A DNA stretch of 64,000 bases from Myxococcota bacterium. Lineage in GTDB: Bacteria > Myxococcota_A > UBA796 > CAJQPC01. Shown piece after piece: positions 18,752-30,680 of the stretch; the stretch's first letter is position 1; each line of letters begins with the position of its first letter. The notes under the pieces are model-generated. The model saw only the letters and a list, made by a program, of their open reading frames with translations. It ran no database searches and was not told the origin of the DNA. Made by a program: the position numbers and the translations under genes. The stretch covers positions 32,001 to 96,000 of the forward strand of contig DASCPX010000189.1 of assembly GCA_036012755.1 (NCBI GenBank), in the 5' to 3' direction.

Positions 18752-20935
18752 TCAGGCTCGGGCGGACTCCCGACCAGAGTCGAGGACGTAGAGGCAGCTG
18801 CCACGAGCCTTGAGGGGGACCTCCGCGCACCACGCCAGGTTCGGGGTGTCCCGCTGCAAGCCGAGGATCGACAGATCCGCCACGGGCGCTCGGTCGAGGG
18901 CCTCGTCGAAGGAGCCCACCATCACCCGACGGCTCACGCTGGTCGGAAGCCGCGCGAGATCACACAGCTCCTCGAGGAATGCCTGGGCGGCAGCACGATC
19001 CCCTTCATCGGCGATCACCGTCGCGAGGTTCAGCTCACCGCCCCAGAGCCGCTGCAGGCGGAAGCCCATGAGCAGGATGAGGTTGAGGTTCCCGCTCTCG
19101 AAGGCGTGCTCCGCAGTCCAGCCGTCCCGTCCTGGCCTCACCCAGAGGTTCACGTTGCGGCGCTGTCCGAGACCGGCCGTGGGGTGGTTGGCGTAGAGCA
19201 GGACGCCGACCTCGCAGTCCTGGGCGAGGGGGATGAGCTCGAGGTGCTCGTCGAAGCGCTGCTGGGAGAGCTGCACCAGGAGCAGGTTGGGCCGGAAGAA
19301 CGCCCCTTGCAGGGCCATCAGTCCGACACCGATCGCGTGGACGTAGCCGGGCAGCGCGATGGCGCTCCAGCTGCAGTCGATGCCCTGGCGCCTGAACGCG
19401 CCGGCGAGCTTGCGAAGGCGTGGTCGCAGGACAGCCCCCTCGAAGCGGGTCGCCAGTCCGAGGAGCTTCACGCTGCCCTCCGGCCGCGTGAGGTCGGTGA
19501 GCAGGTCGAACTCGCCGCGCAGCTCCTCGACGTCCTCGACGGGCACCAGCAGCGAGGGCTTCCAGGCCCGCTGGTTGTCCTGATCCTCTTCCGTGACCTT
19601 GCTGGCGGCCCACTCGGCGAAGGCCACGAACATGCTGCTGCGCACGTCTTCGTGGGAGTCCTCGAGCCGCCTCGCCCGGAAGCTGAAGTACAGCGCGATG
19701 ACGACGCCGATGGCGACCAGGCCGAAGGTGGGGTTCACGATGAACATCGAGAACAGGCAGCCCAAGAGGCCCAACAGCGGCACGATCAGTGGCACGCGCA
19801 GAGATGGCCGGAAGCTGACCAGGCCAAGGCTCCCCTCGATCAGCACGACCACGTTGATCATGCAGTAGGTGATCAGGAAGAACATCGTGACCATCGGCGC
19901 GATGGCGTTGAGATCGCGGAACATCACGCAGGCCAGGGTCAACACCCCGGTCAGGATCAGGGCCTTGCGCGGCTCGCCGTCGGTGGTCTCCGCCAGGTGC
20001 TCCGACATGGGCACGATACGGTTCTGGCCCATCGCCATGAGGATGCGCGGTCCGCCGACGAGACCGGCAAGGGCCGAGCTCGCTGTCGCACCGAGCAGGC
20101 CCGCCAGCACCAGGGGGGGGAACAGGGAGGTGTCGATGACGTGGTTGTAGTTCTCTACCAGCGTGTCGAGAGAGGCCGAGCGCTCGCACCAGATCGCCAC
20201 GGCCACGTAGATGACGCTGGAGATGGCGATCGCGGCCAGGGTCCCGCGGGGGATCGCGTGCCTCGGGTCCTTCAGGTCCCCCGACATGTTCGCCCCGGCC
20301 AGGATCCCGGTCGTGGCAGGGAAGAAGACGGCGAAGACACCCCAGAAGCCGGTTCCCGAGAACCCGGTGTCCACGTCCCCCGGGAAGTGGCCGAGCCACT
20401 GGATGTCGTGGGTGGCCTGCCAGGGCGCCGGGCTCGCGAAGATGGAGACCAGGGACAGGGCGATGACGCCCATGATCAGGTACTGCGCCTTGAAGGCCAG
20501 CTCCGCGCTCTTGAAGGCGATGGCGAAGAGCACCGCCAGCACCACCAGGTCGATCAACAGGGCGTCGTGGCTCGGGAAGATCCAGTTCCAGCCCTCGCGG
20601 AAGCCGAAGACGTACATCGCGACGCCGAGCGGCCGCGTGAGGTAGAGCGGGATGCCGATGGAGCCGCCCACCTCCAACCCCAGGGACTTGTTGAGGATCG
20701 CGTAGGGGCCGCCGTGGCCGATGCGGGTGTTGGTCGCGATCGACGACAGCGACAGGCCGGTGCACAGGGTGATCCCGATGGCCAGCCCGAAGATCGCGAA
20801 GGTCCAGGCCAGGCCGCCGTTGCCCACCACCCAGCCCGTCCGCACGTAGAGGATGACGCCGAGGATGGTCAGCAGCGTGGGCGTGAAGACACCCGTGAAG
20901 GTCCCGAACCTGGTGGGTGCCTCCGAGCTGTTCAT
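18752..20935 (-). CDS. SLC12/cation-chloride-cotransporter-like APC permease (Na-K-Cl cotransporter homolog)
   Basis: FGTFTGVFTPTLLTILGVILYVR, FAVFFPATTGILAGANMSGDLKDP..IPRGT, FRPS, plus a C-terminal cytoplasmic domain (WKPSLL, FRPNLL). Confidence 0.9.
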   Translation of the reverse strand: MNSSEAPTRFGTFTGVFTPTLLTILGVILYVRTGWVVGNGGLAWTFAIFGLAIGITLCTGLSLSSIATNTRIGHGGPYAILNKSLGLEVGGSIGIPLYLTRPLGVAMYVFGFREGWNWIFPSHDALLIDLVVLAVLFAIAFKSAELAFKAQYLIMGVIALSLVSIFASPAPWQATHDIQWLGHFPGDVDTGFSGTGFWGVFAVFFPATTGILAGANMSGDLKDPRHAIPRGTLAAIAISSVIYVAVAIWCERSASLDTLVENYNHVIDTSLFPPLVLAGLLGATASSALAGLVGGPRILMAMGQNRIVPMSEHLAETTDGEPRKALILTGVLTLACVMFRDLNAIAPMVTMFFLITYCMINVVVLIEGSLGLVSFRPSLRVPLIVPLLGLLGCLFSMFIVNPTFGLVAIGVVIALYFSFRARRLEDSHEDVRSSMFVAFAEWAASKVTEEDQDNQRAWKPSLLVPVEDVEELRGEFDLLTDLTRPEGSVKLLGLATRFEGAVLRPRLRKLAGAFRRQGIDCSWSAIALPGYVHAIGVGLMALQGAFFRPNLLLVQLSQQRFDEHLELIPLAQDCEVGVLLYANHPTAGLGQRRNVNLWVRPGRDGWTAEHAFESGNLNLILLMGFRLQRLWGGELNLATVIADEGDRAAAQAFLEELCDLARLPTSVSRRVMVGSFDEALDRAPVADLSILGLQRDTPNLAWCAEVPLKARGSCLYVLDSGRESARA

Positions 20936-21900
20936 CCGGCTGGGTCGGCCTCGGCGGGCCAGTCGACCGACGTGGCCGGGGAGTAGCCGAGCACCTGGCG
21001 TGCCCGGGTCCCGTCCAGCACCGAGCAGTAGTGGAAGCGGCGGCTGTTCATGCCGAAGCTGAAGTCGTGCCCGCGGAGGCGGCGCCGGGCCTTGTACCAG
21101 TAGGACGCCACGGCGCCGGGCATGGGCACGCCGACCCGACCCCAGCGCCGCACGGCGGCCGTGAGCGGCAGCGTGTCCACCCCGGGGATGTTGAAGACCC
21201 CCTGCACGCCGAAGGCCTTCGTCGCCAGCTCCAGGGCGACCACGCAGTCATCGATCGACAACAGGTTCATCATCGGATCGAAGCCCAACGGCCGCAGGCA
21301 GACCGCCGAGTCGAGCCAGTCGAAGATCTGAGAGCCGGTCCCCGGGGCGAGTACCTCGGCGCAGCGCAAGACAGCGATCTCCAGGCTGGAGAGCCCCATG
21401 CGGGTGCAGGCCGTCAGGTCCGCTTCGACCCGATCCCGGATCCACTGGGGAGCGTGCCCCTGCATGTTCAGCGGGTGGTTCTCCTGGATGAGGATCGGGA
21501 GGTCAGCTTGGACCTGGTATACCTCGGCGTGGCTCCTGAAGACTAGGCGCCGGATGGTCGGGTGGCGCTCGCCGAGGTCGAGCAGGGTGCGCAGGGCGTC
21601 GACGTTCTGGGCGTGTACGCGGCCGCCGGTGTGACGGGCGTCCCGGTGCATCGAGGTGTGGACGACGACCTCGACCTCGAGGTCCTTTGCGATGCCGAAG
21701 AGCAGCTCGTGGGCCCTGCGGGTGCGCCCCAGGTCGACCTTCTTGTAGACGAGCTTGGGGTGCTCCAGGGGGAGCTCGTCCTCGTTGGCGACCGCGAGCA
21801 CGTTGTCGATGCCGCTGTCAGCGCAGAGGCTGCGGACCAGGCGCTCGCCGATTGGGGTCGTCGCGCCGGTGACGAGCACGCCTTGGATGTGCACCCTCAT
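20932..21900 (-). CDS. NAD-dependent epimerase/dehydratase (extended SDR)
   Basis: Rossmann motif VLVTGATTPIG, NVDAL, VFRSHAEVY, IAVLR, GVFNI. The YxxxK motif is not evident. Confidence 0.8.
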   Translation of the reverse strand: MRVHIQGVLVTGATTPIGERLVRSLCADSGIDNVLAVANEDELPLEHPKLVYKKVDLGRTRRAHELLFGIAKDLEVEVVVHTSMHRDARHTGGRVHAQNVDALRTLLDLGERHPTIRRLVFRSHAEVYQVQADLPILIQENHPLNMQGHAPQWIRDRVEADLTACTRMGLSSLEIAVLRCAEVLAPGTGSQIFDWLDSAVCLRPLGFDPMMNLLSIDDCVVALELATKAFGVQGVFNIPGVDTLPLTAAVRRWGRVGVPMPGAVASYWYKARRRLRGHDFSFGMNSRRFHYCSVLDGTRARQVLGYSPATSVDWPAEADPAG

Positions 21901-22754
21901 GTGAACAGGCGTCCTCCGCGCTGGGCGAGTCCATCGTCGATCAGGGCCTGCACGGCGTCGCCCACCTTCGCAGCGGCCTCGGCCACCGCCTCGGGATCGT
22001 CGGCGTCCTGGGGCCGGTAGTCCTTGTCGAGCGGGATCGGCTCACCGTAGAAGATGCGGTAGCGCACCGGCAGCGGAAGCGGCGTCGCGGGGATCGGCAT
22101 GTACGGGAGGCCCAGGACCTTGCCGAGACCGTCGAGGCGGGCGATCTGGGGCATCTGCTCCTCGGGACCGACAAAGGCCACAGGGATCACCGGCGCACCG
22201 TGCCGCATCGCGAGCTCCGCGTGACCGACCCGCCACCTGGCGAGCTTGTAGCGATCCCGGAAGTGCTTGCCGATTCCCGGGGTTCCCTCTGGGAAGATCA
22301 TCAACAGCTCACCGGCGCCCAACAGCGCCCGGGCGTTTCCGCGGGAGCCCCCGACCATGCCTCCGCGTGAGAAGAAGGTGCCGATGACGGGCAAGGTGGG
22401 GACGAAGTGATCGGCGATGGGGCGCGGGATGCGGCCAGCGCTGAGGATGACGTCGCACCACAGCATCATCCCGTCGGTCGGCACCGTGCCGGAGTGGTTC
22501 GCGGCGAGGACCCCCGGCCCATCCTTCGGGATGTTCTCCGAGCCGTAGCTCAGGACCCGCCAGTAGCGGTCGTAGAGCGGCTTCGCGATGCACATGCCGA
22601 GCTTCACGAAGTCGCGGTGCAGTCCGAAGGGGTCGTAGCCATGGCCCGCGTCCCCGGGCAGGGGGAGTGAGTCGATGTGCTTCAGGGTGTCCTCGTCGAG
22701 GCGGGCCTGCGCGATCGCCCGGGCCATCAAAGGAGGAATCGGCATCATCGCCAT
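21897..22754 (-). CDS. Lysophospholipid/glycerol acyltransferase (PlsC-like)
   Basis: NHSGTVPTD (HxxxxD), IFPEG, APVIPVA. The exact start Met is uncertain (22745-22754). Confidence 0.9.
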   Translation of the reverse strand: MAMMPIPPLMARAIAQARLDEDTLKHIDSLPLPGDAGHGYDPFGLHRDFVKLGMCIAKPLYDRYWRVLSYGSENIPKDGPGVLAANHSGTVPTDGMMLWCDVILSAGRIPRPIADHFVPTLPVIGTFFSRGGMVGGSRGNARALLGAGELLMIFPEGTPGIGKHFRDRYKLARWRVGHAELAMRHGAPVIPVAFVGPEEQMPQIARLDGLGKVLGLPYMPIPATPLPLPVRYRIFYGEPIPLDKDYRPQDADDPEAVAEAAAKVGDAVQALIDDGLAQRGGRLFT

Positions 22755-22775
22755 CTATCACGTAGGCTTCACCGC

Positions 22776-25067
<2,292 letters not shown>

Positions 25068-25082
25068 AGCCCACGGTCCGGC

Positions 25083-25307
25083 TCAACCGTCGGGACCGCC
25101 CACGATTCCCTGGCAGGACGGGTCGAAGACCACCTCGGCGACCTCTGCGTTGCGCTCCTCGCAGACCATGTCGGCTTCGAGGTCGCAGGCGTTCTCAGGC
25201 TGGGCGCCCATCTCGACGACGTGCCCGTCCGCGCATCGGTAGCTGCAGCACCCACCGGGCTCGGGGACCTCGGCGGGGGTCGAGCAGGCGAGCGTCCAGA
25301 GCAGCAT
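25083..25307 (-). CDS. Small Cys-rich lipoprotein
   Basis: 74 aa, MLLWTLAC lipobox plus six more Cys. Starts directly after the upstream gene's stop (TAG-ATG). Confidence 0.6.
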   Translation of the reverse strand: MLLWTLACSTPAEVPEPGGCCSYRCADGHVVEMGAQPENACDLEADMVCEERNAEVAEVVFDPSCQGIVGGPDG

Positions 25308-26627
25308 CTACCTGGCTCGGTTGAGATTCGCCGCCGTCGTGTAGGCCCGCTTCGCGCCTTCGGTGTCGCCCCGCTGTTCCAGGGCGAGCCCCTCGATGTA
25401 GTAGAGGTTCGCGCGGAAGGCCGTGTTGGCCGAGGATCTGCCCTGTCCTCGCCTGGCGTAGCCGAGGGCCGCTCCGGCGTCCCCGCTCGCGAGCGCCGCT
25501 TGGGCTGCGCGGAAGGCCATGTCCTGGCCGATGAAGGCGTTGGAGTCGTCAATGAGCGAGGCGTGGTCCCCGCTGGTGACGGCGGCGTCGAAGCGATCGA
25601 GCTCGTTGTCGTCCAGTCCCCGCAGGTACCAGCTCGGGCTGTAGTCCGAGGGGACCGCGGAGGCGCGGAGGCCGTCGAGGTCGGTCGGGATCGGCTCCGG
25701 CTCGCTTGCCGGCTCGTCGAAGTCGTCGATCGAGGAGGTCTTGCTGGAGCTCGAGGTCGCACCGCGTGTCGAGCGCTCGTCCTTGGTCTTGCGGTCGAAG
25801 AAACCGCCGCTGGCGGACTGTTGGGTCAGCTCGTCGACGGAGTCGGCGTCCTCGAAATCGGTGTTCGCCACGACCGCTTGTGGCGCAGCGTTGTGCTCTT
25901 GCACTGGCTCGGGACCGTAGCTGGCGCCGCCCTCGGGGGCTGCCTTGAGCTCGGCCTGGGTCTGCTCCTCCGCCTCGAGGTCGACGACGTCGTAGCGGCC
26001 GCTGCTCAGGGCGCCTTCGTCCCACTCCGAAGAGGACGAGGTGCGCTGGCGTGCAGCGTTTGGTGCGGCGGGAGGCTCGGCCATCGGGGCGAACTCCTCC
26101 AGGACGGCCTCTGCATCTGCGAGGTCCATGTTCGGGTCGGCGCCCTCCTGAGGCCTCTCTGTCGTCATCTCGGCTGGCATCTCCTCGACGGCCAGGTTCT
26201 CGAGCTCGTCGCTCTGGGGGAAGACCGTGAACAGCGCCAGGGCTGCCGCCGCGACCACTCCGACTCCACCCCAGATGCGCTGGCGGCGCCGGCGTGCCGT
26301 CGCGAGGTCCACGACCTCACCGCGACCGGTCTCCGGGTCCGCTTCCTGGAGGATCTCCCCCTGGTCTTCCGAGATCGGGACCTCCGCGATTCGCGCAGCG
26401 GGCCCAGAGTCCGTCTCGGAGATCGGCACCTCTGCGATGCGGGCGAAGGGACCCTCCGACACACCCGCGAGGATGTCGTCGATGCTCACCCTGGGGGCAG
26501 GCGCCAGCTCCGGACGCAGGGCGTAGACCGCCTCGATCGCGTCGGCGTCGACTCCGACTGGCGGAGGCGTCCCCGGCGGCTTCTCGAGCCACTCGGCAAG
26601 CAACGATGCTTGTTTCTCGGGAGTCAT
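25308..26627 (-). CDS. Putative membrane anti-sigma factor with C-terminal TPR-like helices
   Basis: Start MTPEKQA overlaps the sigma stop (ATGA). One TM helix after RRRRQR, an acidic low-complexity linker, and a TPR-like end (LYYIEGLALEQRGDTEGAKRAY). Confidence 0.6.
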   Translation of the reverse strand: MTPEKQASLLAEWLEKPPGTPPPVGVDADAIEAVYALRPELAPAPRVSIDDILAGVSEGPFARIAEVPISETDSGPAARIAEVPISEDQGEILQEADPETGRGEVVDLATARRRRQRIWGGVGVVAAAALALFTVFPQSDELENLAVEEMPAEMTTERPQEGADPNMDLADAEAVLEEFAPMAEPPAAPNAARQRTSSSSEWDEGALSSGRYDVVDLEAEEQTQAELKAAPEGGASYGPEPVQEHNAAPQAVVANTDFEDADSVDELTQQSASGGFFDRKTKDERSTRGATSSSSKTSSIDDFDEPASEPEPIPTDLDGLRASAVPSDYSPSWYLRGLDDNELDRFDAAVTSGDHASLIDDSNAFIGQDMAFRAAQAALASGDAGAALGYARRGQGRSSANTAFRANLYYIEGLALEQRGDTEGAKRAYTTAANLNRAR

Positions 26628-27217
26628 CTTGGGGGGTACTTGGTGCGAAAGGCCTTTGTGGCGCGGTGAAGGATGACGTCGAAGTTGCCGACGGTCACAC
26701 CCAGGATGGCGGCGCACTCCTCGCGGTCCTTGTCCTCGAGGAGCCGCAGGCGCAGGGCCTGGGCATAGCGTGGGTTGATCAGCTCGAGAGCCTCCTCGAC
26801 GAGTTCACGGGTCTCTTCGACTTCCTGGCCGCGGTCCGGCGAGGGAGGGGGGACCCCCATGGTGCGGTCGACGTTCTGCTCGACCTGCTCCTGGAGTCGC
26901 TCCCGTCGCTTGTGGGCGCGGTGGACGTCGATGGCCCGGTTGATTGCGATGCGACGCATCCAGAAGAAGATGCTGCGGTCCTTTGGGTCGTACTGGTGGA
27001 TGCGCTCCACGGTGAGGCGGAAGGTGTCCCTCAGGACGTCCTCCGCGAGCTCCGTGATGGGCAAGCGAGGCAGGATCACCTGGCGGAACAGGCGGTCCCC
27101 GTACCAGTCGTAGAGCGTCGCCAAGGCCATGCGATCGCCGTCCTTCATGCGGAGGACCACTGCACGCTCGACATCGAGCGGGGCGAGTCCTCGATCCGCA
27201 TGGGCGGAAGGCTGCAA
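26624..27217 (-). CDS. ECF (sigma-70 family) RNA polymerase sigma factor
   Basis: GDRMALATLY, AEDVLRDTF, WMRRIAINRAID, region 4 (ECAAILGVTVGNFDVILHRA). Confidence 0.92.
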   Translation of the reverse strand: MQPSAHADRGLAPLDVERAVVLRMKDGDRMALATLYDWYGDRLFRQVILPRLPITELAEDVLRDTFRLTVERIHQYDPKDRSIFFWMRRIAINRAIDVHRAHKRRERLQEQVEQNVDRTMGVPPPSPDRGQEVEETRELVEEALELINPRYAQALRLRLLEDKDREECAAILGVTVGNFDVILHRATKAFRTKYPPR

Positions 27218-27272
27218 GTCTCAGCGTCCTCATCGGACCTCCACCACGACAACGGCGGAGGATGGGGGATCC

Positions 27273-28652
27273 TTACACGTCTCGATCGATCAGGGTGCCC
27301 CTGCCCAGGATCCACGCTGGATCGACGTGTCGTTTCAAGGTCTTGAAGGCGGCGTAGGCGTCGGGGCCCACCATCTCGGCGAGGTACTCTCGTTTCAGCT
27401 TGCCGACCCCGTGCTCGGCGGAGAGAGTGCCTCCGAGCGACAGCGCCAGTCGGTACAGCGCACGCCAGGTCTCCCAGGCCTGCTCCAACTCCGACACCGA
27501 GCGCGGGAGGAGGTTCAGGTGGAGGTGGCTGTCGCCGACGTGGCCGAAGAGAACGTGCGGCAGCTCGACCGCTCCATAGGCGGCCATCATGTCTCGCAGC
27601 GCTGCGTCCGGCACCGCGAAGTCGGTGCCCACCTTCGGCATGCCGTTGGCGACGACGACCTCTGCGACTCCGGCGGGCACGGCGTGGCGAAGAGCGCGCA
27701 GCCGCTTTCGACCCCTGTCGTCATCGGCGAAGAGCGTGTCGTCGACCAGCGCCCCGGTCTCCTCCAGCAGGGAGAACCAGGCCTCCATCTCCTGGTCGGG
27801 GTCATTCGCCTCCTGCTCGCACCAGACGGCGGCGACCGCAGGCGAGGGGATGGCCCCGATACGCCGTCGGATGAGCTCCAGGCTGTTGTCGTCGTACCAC
27901 TCGATGCAGCGTGGCCTGACCCGGGTCCGCGGCCTGGCCTTCTCGACGAGGTCCAGAGCCCCATCGGCGGAGTCGAAGAAGGCCAGGACGGAGAAGACCC
28001 GCTCCGGTCGATCGCACAGGCGTAGCCTCGCCGAAGTCACGACGCAGAGAGTGCCTTCGCTGCCGATGAGGAGATCGAGCAGGTTGTCCGCCGGCGCGTA
28101 GCCCACCGCTGTCTTCACCGAGGGTTCGGTCCAGCGCGGCACCGGCCAGTCCGGTGGGATCGGGGTCCGGCGCGAGGCCTTCACGACCTCGCCCGAGGCG
28201 AGCACGGCCTCGACCTCCTCGACCCACCGCCGTGTCGGCCCGTAGAGGAAGGAGCGCGCCCCCGAGGCGTTGCACGCGATCGAGCCGCCGAGGGTGCACT
28301 CGTGCCGCGAGGTGGGATCAGGAGGGTAGAGCCGGCCCCGTGCCTCGAGGTCGTCCTGGAGCGCGCCGAGCATCACGCCGCCTTCGGCCAGGACGTGCTC
28401 CTCGCCGATCTCGATGACGCGGTCCATCCCCTCCATCGACAGCAACCAGCCGCCCTCGGGCACCGGCCCTCCGGTCGTCGAGGTGCGCTGGGCGGTCACC
28501 GTGATCGGGATGCACTCTGCCTGGCAGTGCGACAGCACTTCTCGGACCTCGTCCATGCTGCCAGGCCGAACGAGGGCCTCTGCGTGACCCCTGGTGTTGC
28601 TGGCGTCGCTGAGGTACCCGGCGATTATCGCCGGATCCCGGATGACGTCCAT
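27273..28652 (-). CDS. FAD-linked oxidoreductase (D-lactate dehydrogenase / glycolate oxidase GlcD-like)
   Basis: Start MDVIRDP. YPPDPTS, TLGGSIACNASG, GSEGTL, FGHVGDSHLH, SAEHGVG, DPAWIL. Confidence 0.9.
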   Translation of the reverse strand: MDVIRDPAIIAGYLSDASNTRGHAEALVRPGSMDEVREVLSHCQAECIPITVTAQRTSTTGGPVPEGGWLLSMEGMDRVIEIGEEHVLAEGGVMLGALQDDLEARGRLYPPDPTSRHECTLGGSIACNASGARSFLYGPTRRWVEEVEAVLASGEVVKASRRTPIPPDWPVPRWTEPSVKTAVGYAPADNLLDLLIGSEGTLCVVTSARLRLCDRPERVFSVLAFFDSADGALDLVEKARPRTRVRPRCIEWYDDNSLELIRRRIGAIPSPAVAAVWCEQEANDPDQEMEAWFSLLEETGALVDDTLFADDDRGRKRLRALRHAVPAGVAEVVVANGMPKVGTDFAVPDAALRDMMAAYGAVELPHVLFGHVGDSHLHLNLLPRSVSELEQAWETWRALYRLALSLGGTLSAEHGVGKLKREYLAEMVGPDAYAAFKTLKRHVDPAWILGRGTLIDRDV

Positions 28653-28656
28653 GGGA

Positions 28657-29730
28657 CTAGAAGCGGCCCGTGACGCCCAGCATGGCGCCGTCGTCTTCGA
28701 GGATGATGAACACGCCGGCGCCGCCGGCGATGGCCAGTCCGCCGACACCGAAGAGCGCCGCTGACTGGACCTTCCGAGGTCGGATCTCCTGTTCCCAGAG
28801 GCGCTTCGCCTCGGCCTCGTTCTCGGGGTCGATGAAGCCGTCTCCGTCGCCGTCGAGCGCTGAGTAGTGATCGTGGAACTCGAGGCCCTGGAGGCGGATG
28901 GCGGTCCCGGCACCCAGCGCGGCCACACCCACGCCGATGAGCGCGCTGCCGCCGGCGATCTTGCCGAGGTTCACGTCCCTGGGCTCTCTCTCGGGCTTGG
29001 GCGCGTCGGTGATGGGATCGGTGACGACCAGCTCGGTGGGCGCGTCGGAGGCGCCGGTCAGGTCCAACTCGACGCGAGCGGTCTTTCCCTCTTCGACGAC
29101 GACGTCGGCCTCGCGCGGGGGGAGGTCGTCCGCCGTGGCGCCGACGAGGTGCTTGCCCTTGGGGACCTCTGGGATGGTCGTCGGCCCGGTGGCGACCTCG
29201 CTGCCGTCGAGGAAGACCTTTGCGTCGATCGGCGTCACGATGACGCTGAGGCTGCCAAAGCCCTCGAGGCCGAGCTCGACGTTGACGCTGTAGGCGCCAC
29301 CCATCTCGACCACGAACTCGCGCTCGTCCGTGAGGTAGCGGTCGGCCTTGGTGACCAGTGTGTGGCGGCCGCAGGACAGCTCGATAGCCGCCGGTGTCTC
29401 GATGAGGCTCCCGTCGAGACGGACGGCGGCCTCCGCCGGCGTCGCCGTGATCTGGGCGAAGCCGCCGAGGGGCTTGAGCTCCATGTCCAGCCGGGTCACG
29501 CCGTTGGCGCCGACGTCGGCGGAGCGCGTGTCGGAGAGACAGTCACCCTTGACCTGGATCATGTGAGTGCCTGCTGAGACCTGCACGGTCCCCGGGGCGG
29601 TCGCGCCGGAGGGCTGGCCGTCCACGAAGATCTCGCCGACCTGGTCCTTTGGCAGGGACACGAAGACGTCGCCGGTGTCCTGGGCGCGCGATTCAGGGCT
29701 CGTCAGCAGCAGGAGCGCAAGCGGTGTCAT
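28657..29730 (-). CDS. PEGA-domain exported protein
   Basis: Signal peptide, three PEGA-like repeats (IFVDG, VRLDG, VFLDG), C-terminal hydrophobic segments ending GVTGRF. Confidence 0.8.
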   Translation of the reverse strand: MTPLALLLLTSPESRAQDTGDVFVSLPKDQVGEIFVDGQPSGATAPGTVQVSAGTHMIQVKGDCLSDTRSADVGANGVTRLDMELKPLGGFAQITATPAEAAVRLDGSLIETPAAIELSCGRHTLVTKADRYLTDEREFVVEMGGAYSVNVELGLEGFGSLSVIVTPIDAKVFLDGSEVATGPTTIPEVPKGKHLVGATADDLPPREADVVVEEGKTARVELDLTGASDAPTELVVTDPITDAPKPEREPRDVNLGKIAGGSALIGVGVAALGAGTAIRLQGLEFHDHYSALDGDGDGFIDPENEAEAKRLWEQEIRPRKVQSAALFGVGGLAIAGGAGVFIILEDDGAMLGVTGRF

Positions 29731-29827
29731 CGCGCATTACTGGCACGCCACGGCGAGATTGACAAGTGCCCCGGCGGCTACACTCCGCGTTTCGCGGCGT
29801 TTCGGCTCAGGCCGCGAAGGAGACCGC

Positions 29828-30229
29828 ATGACCCCGTTCAAGATCCGCGACCGGCTCAAGCGCTTGCTCGGGCTGGAGTCCACCGGGAGGTCACCCGACG
29901 CCGGGCCTCCCTCGCCCCGCGAGAAGGTGACCCTGATCCTGGTCGATGGAGACGGAAACGAGCAGACCGCGGAGGGTGGCGCGGGGGACACCCTCCTGTT
30001 CATCAGCGGCAAGATGAAGAAGCCCATCGGCACCGGCTGCAACGACAGCGGCTGCTCCACCTGTCGCGTCGACGTCCTCGAAGGTGCGGAGAGCCTCGCT
30101 CGTCAGGACAGGCGGGAGCGGGGCACCCTCGCGAGGCACGGCCACCCCAAGACGATGCGGCTGGCCTGCCGAGCGGAGCTCCAGAAGGGCACGGTCAAGG
30201 TGCGAGCCCACGAGTTCCTCGAGCTCTAG
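29828..30229 (+). CDS. 2Fe-2S ferredoxin
   Basis: Cx4Cx2C (CNDSGCSTC) and RLAC. GAAGGAG RBS upstream. Confidence 0.85.
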   Translation: MTPFKIRDRLKRLLGLESTGRSPDAGPPSPREKVTLILVDGDGNEQTAEGGAGDTLLFISGKMKKPIGTGCNDSGCSTCRVDVLEGAESLARQDRRERGTLARHGHPKTMRLACRAELQKGTVKVRAHEFLEL

Positions 30230-30630
30230 TCCTCGACGAGGTCGATCTGGCCGGCGCAGGGGGAGTCGAAGCTCTCCCAGCGGCCGCTGAGGCTGTCTCC
30301 GCGCTGCACCAGCTCGAAGTCCCCGTGGCGCCAGGTCGTGGTGTCGGTCTCGTGGACCACCTCGATGCCGACCTGGCGAAGGCTCAGGACGTCCTCGTCC
30401 CAGCGGCCCTCGACCACGTAGTTCGCCCTGTAGACACCCCGACGATCGCCGGTGGAGACGTAGAAGTAGTTTCCTCGTACCGCGCCGTCCTCGTCGGGGG
30501 CCTCGAGCACCAGCGTGACGTCACCCGAGATGCAGGTGCTCTCGTCGATCGTGACGGTGCCCTCCCATGTGCGCTCCGGGACGAAGGTCTCGGGAATGGA
30601 GTAGGCGGCGAGGAGCGTGGCGAGGAGCAT
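30226..30630 (-). CDS. Small secreted hypothetical protein (beta-rich)
   Basis: GGAGG RBS, short signal MLLATLLAA, WEGT..LSGRW..C motifs. Confidence 0.6.
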   Translation of the reverse strand: MLLATLLAAYSIPETFVPERTWEGTVTIDESTCISGDVTLVLEAPDEDGAVRGNYFYVSTGDRRGVYRANYVVEGRWDEDVLSLRQVGIEVVHETDTTTWRHGDFELVQRGDSLSGRWESFDSPCAGQIDLVED

Positions 30631-30680
30631 GGACGGACCCTCCGTTGAACTCTCCGACAACGCCTCGACGTCGCGGTTCG

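Noticed and set aside
29741..29784. TGGCACG and TTGACA..TACACT promoter-like words upstream of the ferredoxin gene
   Set aside because: The -24/-12 spacing is off by one and the -35/-10 spacer is only 14 nt.
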